The notes beneath the pieces are model-generated. The model searched no databases. It had not been told where the DNA came from and worked only from the letters and a program-made list of their open reading frames with translations. The position numbers and the translations under genes are program-made. Shown in pieces: positions 20,039 through 28,436 of a DNA stretch of 64,000 nucleotides (its first letter is position 1; each line of letters opens with the position of its first letter). The stretch comes from Kiritimatiellota bacterium (GTDB lineage: Bacteria > Verrucomicrobiota > Kiritimatiellia > RFP12 > UBA1067). Location: contig WRJS01000002.1 of assembly GCA_009778475.1 (NCBI GenBank), positions 3,836 through 67,835 on the forward strand, given 5' to 3'.

Positions 20039-23000
20039 ATGAAATCGATTCCGTTTGTGAATGTGTGCGTTGGGTTGGCGGTGCTGGCGTGTGGCGGGAG
20101 GACGGCTGTTGCGGCGGATGTGTTCTGGTGCGGCGCGGAGGGGCCGGACTGGCACGCCGCGGCCAACTGGGAGGACGGCGCCGTGCCGGGGGTGTCGGAT
20201 GTGGCGGTCTTCGATCCGGGGCAGTGCGCGATCGGCTGCTGGGCGTTTAACGTGAGCAACCGCGTGGAGGTGGCGGGGCTGAGGTTCGCGGGGCTGCCGC
20301 GCGCGGTGCTGGGCAGGGGCGTGGGGGACGGCGCGTTGGCGATCGGCGCGGGTGGCGTCGTCGTCGCGGACGGGATGGTCACGCTGGAGATGCCGCTGGA
20401 GCTGGGCGCGTCGCAGGCGTGGACGGTGGCGGAGGGCGCGGAACTTTTGGCGACGGGGGCGATGTCGCTGTACGGCGAGCCGGTGCTGACGAAGGACGGC
20501 GGGGGGCGCGTGTGGCTGACGGGGCCGGGGGCGCTCGCGGGGCGTTTCCGCGTCGCGGCCGGGACGCTGAAAACGTCGCGGGACGCGGAGGCGCCGGTGA
20601 CGGAGGGGCTGGCGGTGTGGCTGGACGCGGCGGCGACGGATACGGTGGTCACGAACGGCGCGGGGGAGATGACGGCGTGGCTGAGCCGCGTGGGCGGGTC
20701 GGCGATGGCGGCGGTGCCGGGCGGCGGGCCGCGGTGGGTGGCGGACGCGCTGGCGGGGCGGCCGGCGGCGCGGTTCAGCAACGCCTCCAATCAGGGGATG
20801 GTGATGGAGGCGGGGTACGCGAACACCACGAATTGCGCGACGGCGTTCATCGTGGTCCAGCGCCGCCCGGAGCAGAAGGACAACGCGGGCCTGCTGTCAA
20901 TCTACAGGGGCGGGGAGCAGGATTACGACCAGTACCACGCGGGGGTCTTTTTCCACCTTCCGGGCGCGGCCCCGCACCGCTCGGTGAAGGGGTACAGGAA
21001 GAGCGAGGACGGGGGGCACGCGTATTTCCCGTTCGAGACGCCGGTCTGCTTCATGTCGCGGTATGACGGCGTGTCGCACGTCATCGCGCAGGACAACCCG
21101 TTTCAGCGCGGGACGACTGGCACGCACACGAACATGTTCCTCCCGTTCGATGCCGACCGCGTGGTGCTGGCGAACCGCGCGGCGCCGGCCAACGGCTTCA
21201 ACTACCCGTTCAACGGCGACATCTCGGAGGTGCTGCTGTACAACCGCGTGCTGACCGAGGCGGAGGAGCGCCACGTGTTCGCGTACCTCAACGGGAAGTG
21301 GGGCGTGGCGCCGTCGCTGGAGGCGACGCTGAAGAAGGCGGCGGCGCATTTCGACGCGTCGCAGCCGGAGACGGTCGCGACGAACACGCTGGGCGAGGTG
21401 CTGGCGTGGACGAACCTCGTCTCGCTGGAGAACAGTGAACTGGTGCCGGTGACGGAGGGGCAGAACCCGCTGTATGTGGAGGGGACCATTCCGGCGGTGC
21501 GGTTCGACAAGAACCTGACGAACGCGCTGCACATGCGGCCGAACTGGGGCTACCTGAACGGCTCGCGGACGGCGACGCTGTTCGCCGTGGTGACGCCGCG
21601 CGGGGAGCAGATCTCGTATGCGGGGGTCGCCTCCATCGGGCGGCTGGCGGGGGGCACTTCGGATCACGGGACGGCGGGGTGCGCGGCCTTCCTGCGGCTC
21701 GATAACCAGAATAACGAGATCTGGATGGGCGAGCAGGGCGGGCGGAGCCTGGGCGGCGCGCATGTGCCGCCAGGGCGGGTGTCGGTCGTGATGTCCAGTT
21801 TCGACAATGGGATGCACGCGGTGTGCGTCAACGGTGCGCTCGGGAGGGCGCCGAGCATGAAGGACGTGACGTTCGAGGCGAATTACCTGCGGCTGGGCAA
21901 CCGCATTGCGGGCAACGCGGGCGACGGCGTCTTCACGTTCAACGGCGATGTCCACGAGGTGCTGGTTTTCAACTGCCCGCTGTCGGAGGGCGAGATCGCG
22001 GAGATCACGGCGCTCCTGAATGAGAAGTGGCGCGGGCTGGACGAGATTGAGGATCTGCTCGCGGATGCGGAGGTGCGTTTCGATGCGTCGGACGAGGGGT
22101 CGGTGACGACGAACGCGCTGGGGGTCGTGACGGCGCTGCGCAACCTGAACGCGGATTCCGTCGCGGAGATTCCCGCGTTCGGCGCGTGCGACGGGCCGCT
22201 GTATGTGGACGACGCGATGAACGGGCTGCCCGTGCTGAGGTTCAGGGGCGCGCTGAGCAACGCGCTGCTGATGACCTCCGGCTACGCGAACACGAATGCG
22301 GCCCTGACGGCGTTTGCGGTCGTGCGCTGCACCGAGAACAGCAGCACGGACGCGGGCCTGCTGACGATCGTGCGGCACGATATGCTGGACTATCGCTACG
22401 CGAACAGCGCGGTGGTCATGTTCAACCGCACGGGCAGGTACGACGGCTGGGCGGGGTACCGCGACAACGAGGAGCGGGCGAAAATCAACGACGTGCCGTT
22501 CGGCGCCCCGTTCCTGCTCATGTCGCGCTTCGACGGCATGAAACACACGCTCATGCTGAACAACGGCCACAGCGCGAGCGTGGCGATGGTCGGGCGCTTC
22601 GACGCGGACCGCCTCCTGCTGGGCGCGCGGCAACTTTACGGCCCGGACGACGTTGTGGAGTTCCGCTCTTTCCTGTCCTGCGATCTGGCCGAGATGCTGG
22701 TGTACAACCGCGTCGTCACGCCGACGGAGGCCGACGCCATCCATGCGTACCTGCGCGAGAAGTGGTACCCCGAGATGCTCCCGGACGCGCTGCCGGAATT
22801 GCTGGACACCGCGCTCGTGTGGCTCGACGCTTCCGACGCGGCCACCGTGACGGCCGCGCCTGACGGCCGCGTGACCGCATGGGCCAACCGCAACGACGGC
22901 GCCGCCGTGTTCGTCCCGCCGCCGGGATGTGGCGGCCCCGCCCTCGTCACCGACAACATGAACGGCCGCCCGGTGCTGCGCTTCGACAAAGACCTCGCGC

Positions 23001-24022
23001 CGCAACAGATGCTGTGGTGCGACTCGGGGTATGCGCTCACCACGACCGCCGTCACCGCCGTCGTCCTGATGCGGCCGCGCGAGGACCTGCTCAACAACGG
23101 GCGCCTCATGGCCACATGGCGCGACACCGGCCCCGACTTCAACTCCCTCGACGGCGCGACGCTCCTCTACTACACCGCCGGAAACGGGGGGCGCTGGCAG
23201 ACCCACCACATGAACCAATCGAAATCATACTGCACAAACGTGCTCCCCGAAACCCCCACCTGCCTCATCTCGCGCTTCGACGGCTACAACCACCGCATCA
23301 TCAAGGACGGCACGGAACTGTGCTCCGTCGAGACGGCCGTGAGCGCGTTCAACGCGAACCGCCTCGCCATCGGCGGCCGCCGCTCCGCACAACAGAACGA
23401 GAACGAGTGGTACAACGGCGACGTGGCCGAGGTGCTGGTCTTCGACTACGCGCTCACGCCCGGCCAGTACCAGACCCTGATGAAATACCTGACGCAAAAA
23501 TGGCTCGCGCCGACGCCGCCCGAGCCATGGGATGCCGGGAAGGACATCGAGGTCTGCGCGGACGCGCTGCTCGACACGCGCGGCGCGGCGGCCCTCGCCC
23601 TCTCCGGCGGCGACGCGCTGTACGGCGCCGGAACAATCCTCGGCGACGTGACCGTGGGCGACGGCGGCCGACTGTCCGCCACCGGCCCGCAGCTGACCAT
23701 TGACGGCGACTTGGCGATGCAGGGCGGCGCGCGTCTGGCGGTCGATTACAGCGGCGGTCTGCGCCCGCTGGTCTTCGCCTCCGGGGAACTGACACTGGCG
23801 GATCTGAACGTCCTCGCCAGCGCGATGGAGCAGGTCGCCGGCGCCTCGACGCTCACCCTCCTGCAAGGCGGCACCGGCTGGAGCGACGGCGACGGCAACG
23901 CCCCCGACCCCGCTGGCTGGACGCTCACCGGCGGCATCAACGGCGCCACCTTCCGCCTCGACCCCGCCGCCTACCGCGTCAACCTCAAACTCTCACGCGG
24001 CACGATCCTGATGCTGAAATAG
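20039..24022 (+). CDS. secreted protein (1327 aa): PATR-type N-terminus, four LamG-like (concanavalin A-like) domains, shared C-terminal domain
   Basis: Signal peptide. DVFWCGAEGPDWHAAANWEDGAVPGVSDVAVFDPG. Four domains ending FNGDISEVLLYNRVLTEAEERHVFAYLNGKW, ...LLNEKW, ...YLREKW, ...YLTQKW (the Laminin_G_3 signature). Ends ...SRGTILMLK. Confidence 0.8.
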   Translation: MKSIPFVNVCVGLAVLACGGRTAVAADVFWCGAEGPDWHAAANWEDGAVPGVSDVAVFDPGQCAIGCWAFNVSNRVEVAGLRFAGLPRAVLGRGVGDGALAIGAGGVVVADGMVTLEMPLELGASQAWTVAEGAELLATGAMSLYGEPVLTKDGGGRVWLTGPGALAGRFRVAAGTLKTSRDAEAPVTEGLAVWLDAAATDTVVTNGAGEMTAWLSRVGGSAMAAVPGGGPRWVADALAGRPAARFSNASNQGMVMEAGYANTTNCATAFIVVQRRPEQKDNAGLLSIYRGGEQDYDQYHAGVFFHLPGAAPHRSVKGYRKSEDGGHAYFPFETPVCFMSRYDGVSHVIAQDNPFQRGTTGTHTNMFLPFDADRVVLANRAAPANGFNYPFNGDISEVLLYNRVLTEAEERHVFAYLNGKWGVAPSLEATLKKAAAHFDASQPETVATNTLGEVLAWTNLVSLENSELVPVTEGQNPLYVEGTIPAVRFDKNLTNALHMRPNWGYLNGSRTATLFAVVTPRGEQISYAGVASIGRLAGGTSDHGTAGCAAFLRLDNQNNEIWMGEQGGRSLGGAHVPPGRVSVVMSSFDNGMHAVCVNGALGRAPSMKDVTFEANYLRLGNRIAGNAGDGVFTFNGDVHEVLVFNCPLSEGEIAEITALLNEKWRGLDEIEDLLADAEVRFDASDEGSVTTNALGVVTALRNLNADSVAEIPAFGACDGPLYVDDAMNGLPVLRFRGALSNALLMTSGYANTNAALTAFAVVRCTENSSTDAGLLTIVRHDMLDYRYANSAVVMFNRTGRYDGWAGYRDNEERAKINDVPFGAPFLLMSRFDGMKHTLMLNNGHSASVAMVGRFDADRLLLGARQLYGPDDVVEFRSFLSCDLAEMLVYNRVVTPTEADAIHAYLREKWYPEMLPDALPELLDTALVWLDASDAATVTAAPDGRVTAWANRNDGAAVFVPPPGCGGPALVTDNMNGRPVLRFDKDLAPQQMLWCDSGYALTTTAVTAVVLMRPREDLLNNGRLMATWRDTGPDFNSLDGATLLYYTAGNGGRWQTHHMNQSKSYCTNVLPETPTCLISRFDGYNHRIIKDGTELCSVETAVSAFNANRLAIGGRRSAQQNENEWYNGDVAEVLVFDYALTPGQYQTLMKYLTQKWLAPTPPEPWDAGKDIEVCADALLDTRGAAALALSGGDALYGAGTILGDVTVGDGGRLSATGPQLTIDGDLAMQGGARLAVDYSGGLRPLVFASGELTLADLNVLASAMEQVAGASTLTLLQGGTGWSDGDGNAPDPAGWTLTGGINGATFRLDPAAYRVNLKLSRGTILMLK
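20600..23503 (+). other. four consecutive LamG-like domains within the 20039..24022 gene
   Basis: Domain ends at about 21305, 22030, 22765 and 23503, marked by NG[DK]..E[VM]L[LV][YF]N..L[ST]..E...[LY]...W. Confidence 0.65.
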
Positions 24023-24176
24023 TTTTACGGGAAACAACTGTCCTGATAATGGAGGGCGAGCGTCCCCGCGAGCCGCCACGCGATTCAAATTACGATAGTG
24101 ACGTTACTCAACATTAGTACACAAGGGGCGAAGCCCCGCAAGCAGTAGCGTAGGGCAGAGCCCTAGCCCTGTAGAG

Positions 24177-25217
24177 TCAGAATGCGTGGCCTGCTTCCGT
24201 GCTGACCGTCCGCCCGAGCGCGGTGAGGCGTTCGCAGGTGCGGCGGAAGCTGGCGTCACCGCCCTCGTCCACGCTGGGCTTGCCGGGGTAGAGCTGGTAG
24301 AGGCGGCGGTATTTCGCGGGCGTGATGTTCGGCATGAAGATGTTTGCGCCGCACTGCATCACGCGGTCGCGGCCGTCGGGGTCGAGCGCGTCGAACGCGG
24401 TGGTCGAAGGGATATGCGCGTGCGGGTTCAGGATGCGGAGCAGGGCCATGGCCGCGTAATAGACGCTGCGGTGCTCGAGCGTGGGCTTGCCCGCCAGCGG
24501 CGTGCCGGGGTGTGCGAGGAACGGACCGCAGCCGATCATCTGGAGGTTCAGTTGTGTCGTGAACGCGATGTCGCGCGCGATCTGCTCCAATGGCGCATCG
24601 GGCAGTCCGATCATAAAGCCGCTCCCGACCTGATACCCCAGTTCGCGTAAGTCTTGGAGACAGGCGATGCGCTCCGCAAATGCGCAGTCAGGATGGATGG
24701 CGTTAAACAGCGTTTCGGAGGAGGTCTCGAAACGCAGGAGGTAGCGGTCGCACCCGGCCGCTTTCAGTTCCGCAAGCTCCCCGCGTGTCCGCACGCCGAC
24801 GGACAACGTGACCGCAAGCCCCGTCTCGTTTTTGATACGGCAGATGATTGCGCTCAGCACAGGCGCGGTGAAGAAGGGGTCTTCGCCCGACTGCAACACG
24901 ACCGTGCCGCACCCGAGGCGTTTGGCGGTGAGTGCGGTCTCGAGAATTTCGTCCGCGCTCATGCGGTAGCGCGTGATGGCGCTGTTGCTGCAGCGGATGC
25001 CGCAATAGAGGCAGTCGTTACGGCAATGGTTGGAGAACTCGATGATGCCGCGAATGTGCACCGTGTCCCCGAAGACGCGCGCGCGGATCTGGTCCGCCTC
25101 CGCGCACAACGCGCCGAACGCGGCGGGGTCGGTGGCGGCCTGCGAGAGAACCTCCGTTAACGCGCATGGGGTTAGCTTGGCGGGGTCGATGGGGTCTGTG
25201 GAGTGGTTTAGCATCAT
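24177..25217 (-). CDS. radical SAM protein, HydE/PylB/BioB-like
   Basis: CRNDCLYCG (CX3CX2C) motif and C-terminal MPNITPAKYRRLYQLYPGK, which is characteristic of HydE/PylB. Start chosen at the internal MM (25217), because the upstream track extension translates repeat element B1. Confidence 0.65.
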   Translation of the reverse strand: MMLNHSTDPIDPAKLTPCALTEVLSQAATDPAAFGALCAEADQIRARVFGDTVHIRGIIEFSNHCRNDCLYCGIRCSNSAITRYRMSADEILETALTAKRLGCGTVVLQSGEDPFFTAPVLSAIICRIKNETGLAVTLSVGVRTRGELAELKAAGCDRYLLRFETSSETLFNAIHPDCAFAERIACLQDLRELGYQVGSGFMIGLPDAPLEQIARDIAFTTQLNLQMIGCGPFLAHPGTPLAGKPTLEHRSVYYAAMALLRILNPHAHIPSTTAFDALDPDGRDRVMQCGANIFMPNITPAKYRRLYQLYPGKPSVDEGGDASFRRTCERLTALGRTVSTEAGHAF

Positions 25218-25369
25218 GGTTGGTTTTGGGTTGGTTTGGTTGGTTTGGTCGGTTTGGTTTTTCGACTGATGGCGACTGATACCGACTGACTTCGACTTAA
25301 GTCGAACATTCGATTTCAATCGACATCAGTCGGCATCAATCGACATCAGTCGAAAAAACGATCCCTCCA
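25218..25369. repeat. family-B composite repeat element B1: (GGTT(T)G)n microsatellite + imperfect palindrome of TCGAYTGA 10-bp units centred on CTTAAG
   Basis: ggttggttttgggttggtttggttggtttggtcggtttggttttt, then cgactgatggcgactgataccgactgacttcgaCTTAAGtcgaacattcgatttcaatcgacatcagtcggcatcaatcgacatcagtcgaaaaaa. Confidence 0.75.
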
Positions 25370-26092
25370 TCAATCAATCCCCTTTGTCCCTTTGCAGTCC
25401 GGGTAGCCTGTGCACCCCCAGAACAGGCCTTTTGCGGATTTGCGTTTCTTCATGGGTTTTCCGCAGGAGGGGCAGGCGGGGGCGTCTTCTTGGCTTGCCC
25501 TTGCTTCGACACGGATTGCTGTCAGCTTTTCACGGAAGCCGCCTTCTTCTTTGAAACGTCTGCCCTGCGCTTCCAGTTGATGGCTCAGCATGTTCAATGT
25601 CCGCGCGCTCAAGATCAGCAGGGTGTTAGCAACCGTCGTGGCATCTTCCGCGTTGAGCCATTGGGCAAACCTGCGCTTCTGCTCGAGGATGTGTGAGCAA
25701 GCGTCATGCACGATGTCCGGACCATAAGCTGGCGCATCTAAGCGGAGTGCAAAAATGGTCTGCGCCTCGCCCGAGTCTTTGCGCCACGGGACATGGCCAT
25801 GACGCATCAGCCAGTTCAAGAAGTCGCCGTGAAGTTCCGTCAGGCTCGCGCGCGCCACGTCTGTGAGTTTCATTTCGGTTTCCTTGGATGTCGCGCCACG
25901 GGCAGAGCCCTCTGCGATATTTGCGCATCCTGAGCGCGCCGCCTGGGTCATCTGGTCAGACAGGCGACCGCAAGGGTCATTCGTGCGGTTCAGGAAACGG
26001 AGGCAGAAGTCCTGCGTCGCCAGATAGACGACATTCGCCAGCACCCACGAATCCAGCCGGAAGTGCCCGACGGTTCCGCCAAACATACTCAT
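25370..26092 (-). CDS. four-helix-bundle protein (23S rRNA-intervening-sequence/Avd-like fold) fused to a C-terminal topoisomerase-type C4 zinc ribbon
   Basis: ANIAEGSAR and surrounding helices match the 'four helix bundle protein' family. C-terminal CPSCGKPMKKRKSAKGLFWGCTGYPDC matches zf-C4_Topoisom. Start at internal MSMFGG (AGGAAC RBS). The upstream track extension translates element B2. Confidence 0.6.
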   Translation of the reverse strand: MSMFGGTVGHFRLDSWVLANVVYLATQDFCLRFLNRTNDPCGRLSDQMTQAARSGCANIAEGSARGATSKETEMKLTDVARASLTELHGDFLNWLMRHGHVPWRKDSGEAQTIFALRLDAPAYGPDIVHDACSHILEQKRRFAQWLNAEDATTVANTLLILSARTLNMLSHQLEAQGRRFKEEGGFREKLTAIRVEARASQEDAPACPSCGKPMKKRKSAKGLFWGCTGYPDCKGTKGID

Positions 26093-26099
26093 GGTCTTG

Positions 26100-26262
26100 T
26101 TCCTTTCTTTTTCGTTTTGGGTTGGGGTTGATTGTTTTTTTCGATTGAAATCGACTGATGGCGACGGATGTCGATTGAAATCGAATACTCGGCTTAAGCC
26201 GAAGTCAGTCGCCATCAGTCGATTTCAGTCGAAAAAAACAATCCCCAGCGTCTCCGCCGTCC
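26100..26262. repeat. family-B composite repeat element B2 (near-perfect palindrome including flanking T7/A7 runs), overlapping the rnhB stop
   Basis: gggttggggttgattgtttttttcgattgaaatcgactgatggcgacggatgtcgattgaaatcgaatactcggCTTAAGccgaagtcagtcgccatcagtcgatttcagtcgaaaaaaacaatc. The rnhB stop (26205-26207) lies about 10 nt from the palindrome centre. Confidence 0.75.
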
Positions 26263-26909
26263 CATCCGCCAAACCCCGGCAGCCGCTGCTCAACATCCTG
26301 CACGGGGCGGAAGGTGCGGCGGTGTTCGGGGCAGGGGCCGTGCTTGTGGAGGGCGGCGATATGCTCGCTCACGCCGTAGCCTTTGTTCGCGTCGAAGCCG
26401 TAGTGCGGGTATTGCGCGTGGAGGCCGCGCATGAGGCGGTCGCGGGAGACTTTGGCGATGACGCTGGCGGCGGCGATGAGGAAACTCTTGGAGTCGCCGC
26501 GCACAATCGGCGTGGAGGGACAAGGCAGGCCCTTCACGGCAAGGCCGTCAACCAGCGCATGGTCGGCCTTCACCGGCAACGCCGCGATCGCGCGGCGCAT
26601 GGCGGTGTGGGTGGCGACGAGGATGTTGAGGCGGTCGATCTCCTGCGCGGTGGCGGCGCCGACGCCCCATGCCACGCCGTCGGCCTGCGTCAGTTGCGCG
26701 AAGAACTGCTCGCGCTGGGCGGGCGTGAGTTGCTTGGAGTCCGTGAGCCCCGCGAGCGGGCCGGCGTACAATTCTTCGGCCCGTTCGGGGGGCATGGAGA
26801 CCGCGCCCGCGACAACGGGACCTGCGAGGCAACCACGCCCAGCTTCGTCCACCCCGGCGAGGATGATGGCGGGCGACGATGCCCAGAGTCTTCGTTCGTA
26901 GCTCAGCAT
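26205..26909 (-). CDS. rnhB: ribonuclease HII
   Basis: ILAGVDEAGRGCLAGPVVAGAV N-terminal catalytic motif and DSK...RNase HII core. The last ~15 codons run into repeat element B2. Confidence 0.85.
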   Translation of the reverse strand: MLSYERRLWASSPAIILAGVDEAGRGCLAGPVVAGAVSMPPERAEELYAGPLAGLTDSKQLTPAQREQFFAQLTQADGVAWGVGAATAQEIDRLNILVATHTAMRRAIAALPVKADHALVDGLAVKGLPCPSTPIVRGDSKSFLIAAASVIAKVSRDRLMRGLHAQYPHYGFDANKGYGVSEHIAALHKHGPCPEHRRTFRPVQDVEQRLPGFGGWDGGDAGDCFFRLKSTDGD

Positions 26910-27017
26910 GAGAGAATGATTGATTTTAGATTTGAGAATGAAAATTCACCCTGTTAATCCTGTCGGAAATAAATGCCCGTTTTAATTGAACCGTTGGGTA
27001 GAAGGCAGACCTTGCCT

Positions 27018-28397
27018 CTATTCTGCCAGCGCGCTCAGCATCAGGCTCGCCCACGTCATCACCTGCGTGAACTGGTCGAGGCCGAAGGACTCGTTGGGGC
27101 AGTGTATCTTGTCCTCCTCGCGGCCGAAGCCCACCAGCAGGGGCGCGGCGCCGGAGATGTGGCGGAGGGTCGCGATGACGGGGATGGAGGCCCCCTCCCA
27201 GCGGAACACCGCGCCGCGCCCGTCCATCTGCCCCAGCACGTCCGCCGCCAAGCGGAACACGGGCGAGGCCAGCGGCAGGCGGAACCCCGGCGCACCACGG
27301 CAGGCATCCGAAAGCGTCAGCCTCATGCCCCGCGGGCAACGCGCCTCCAAGTGCTTCTTCACCGCCGCGAACGTCTCGGACGGCACTTGGCGCGGCACCA
27401 GCCTCATGCTCAGTTTCGCCACCGCCGCCGCAGGGATGACGGTCTTCGACCCCGGCCCGCCGTAACCCGAGTGGATGCCGTTGATTTCAATCGTCGGCTG
27501 GAAACTGCCGCGCGTCACCGCGTCCTCGCCCTGCGCCCCTCCGGCGGGCGGGCAACCCACCTCCGCGCGGTACTGCTCTTCCGAGGACGCCGATGCCGAC
27601 GCACGTTCATGCTCCTCTGCCGTCGGCGGCTCCACGAGGTCGGCGAATCCCTTCACCGCGATGCTCCCGTCCGCGTTGTGCAGCGAGGCCAGCAGCCGCG
27701 CCATGCCCTGCGCCGGGTTCGGCGCGACGCCCCCGTGCACGCCCGAATGCAGGTCGTGCGACGGCCCCTCCAGCGTCACCGTGAAATGCTGCACGCCCCG
27801 GAGCCCGGCCACGATGGCCGGCCGCCCGTCGGGACCGCACGACGTGTCACATGCCATCAGCACATCCGCCTGGAGGCGCGGCGCCAGCGCATGGGCCAGT
27901 GCCGACAACACCTCGCTCCCGCTCTCCTCCTGGCCTTCGACGACAACCTTCAGCGTCGGCAGCGGCTCGCCCGCCTCGACCATCGCGCGCACCCCCATGA
28001 GGAAGCCCATCATCTGCCCCTTGTTGTCCTGCGCCCCCCGCGCATACACGCGGCCATCCGCGAGCGTCGGCTCGAACGGCGGCGTCTGCCACTCCGTCAG
28101 GGGGTCTTCGGGCTGCACGTCATAATGGCCATAGAACAGCACCGTCATTCCCGTGCGCTCCCCCTGCCGCTCCGCGAACACCACCGGCACGGGCAGCCCA
28201 GCCCCCTCCGCCGTCATGATCTCCACCTCGAACCCCAGCGGGCGCAGGAAGTGTTTCAGCCCCGCCGCCGCGCGCGCGCAATCGCCCAGCCGCCTCGGGT
28301 CCGCCCCCATCGTCGGCAGTTTCAGGAGCGTGAACCATTCCTCCAGCACCGCATCCCTGTTGGCATCAAAATACGCCCTCGCAAATGTACCATCCAT
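27018..28397 (-). CDS. M20-family metallopeptidase (dipeptidase-like)
   Basis: HYDVQP, ARGAQDNKG and EGQEESGS metal-binding/catalytic motifs with an M20 dimerisation-domain architecture. 459 aa. Confidence 0.75.
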   Translation of the reverse strand: MDGTFARAYFDANRDAVLEEWFTLLKLPTMGADPRRLGDCARAAAGLKHFLRPLGFEVEIMTAEGAGLPVPVVFAERQGERTGMTVLFYGHYDVQPEDPLTEWQTPPFEPTLADGRVYARGAQDNKGQMMGFLMGVRAMVEAGEPLPTLKVVVEGQEESGSEVLSALAHALAPRLQADVLMACDTSCGPDGRPAIVAGLRGVQHFTVTLEGPSHDLHSGVHGGVAPNPAQGMARLLASLHNADGSIAVKGFADLVEPPTAEEHERASASASSEEQYRAEVGCPPAGGAQGEDAVTRGSFQPTIEINGIHSGYGGPGSKTVIPAAAVAKLSMRLVPRQVPSETFAAVKKHLEARCPRGMRLTLSDACRGAPGFRLPLASPVFRLAADVLGQMDGRGAVFRWEGASIPVIATLRHISGAAPLLVGFGREEDKIHCPNESFGLDQFTQVMTWASLMLSALAE

Positions 28398-28436
28398 AAA
28401 ACAACCCTTTCTTGCATTCAGTATTGGAGTAACCGG

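Noticed and set aside
20897-23218. 773-aa minus-strand ORF inside the LamG gene
   Set aside because: Same shadow-ORF composition. The + strand has four clean LamG signatures.
19380-24022. T9SS C-terminal domain, PEP-CTERM or autotransporter barrel as explanation of the shared C-terminus
   Set aside because: No PEP plus TM plus Arg cluster. Too short for a 12-strand autotransporter barrel. T9SS is Bacteroidetes-specific and the motif differs. Left as unassigned, possibly novel.
25218-26262. CRISPR array
   Set aside because: Repeat units are only about 10 bp with no unique spacers and are organised as palindromes. No cas genes.
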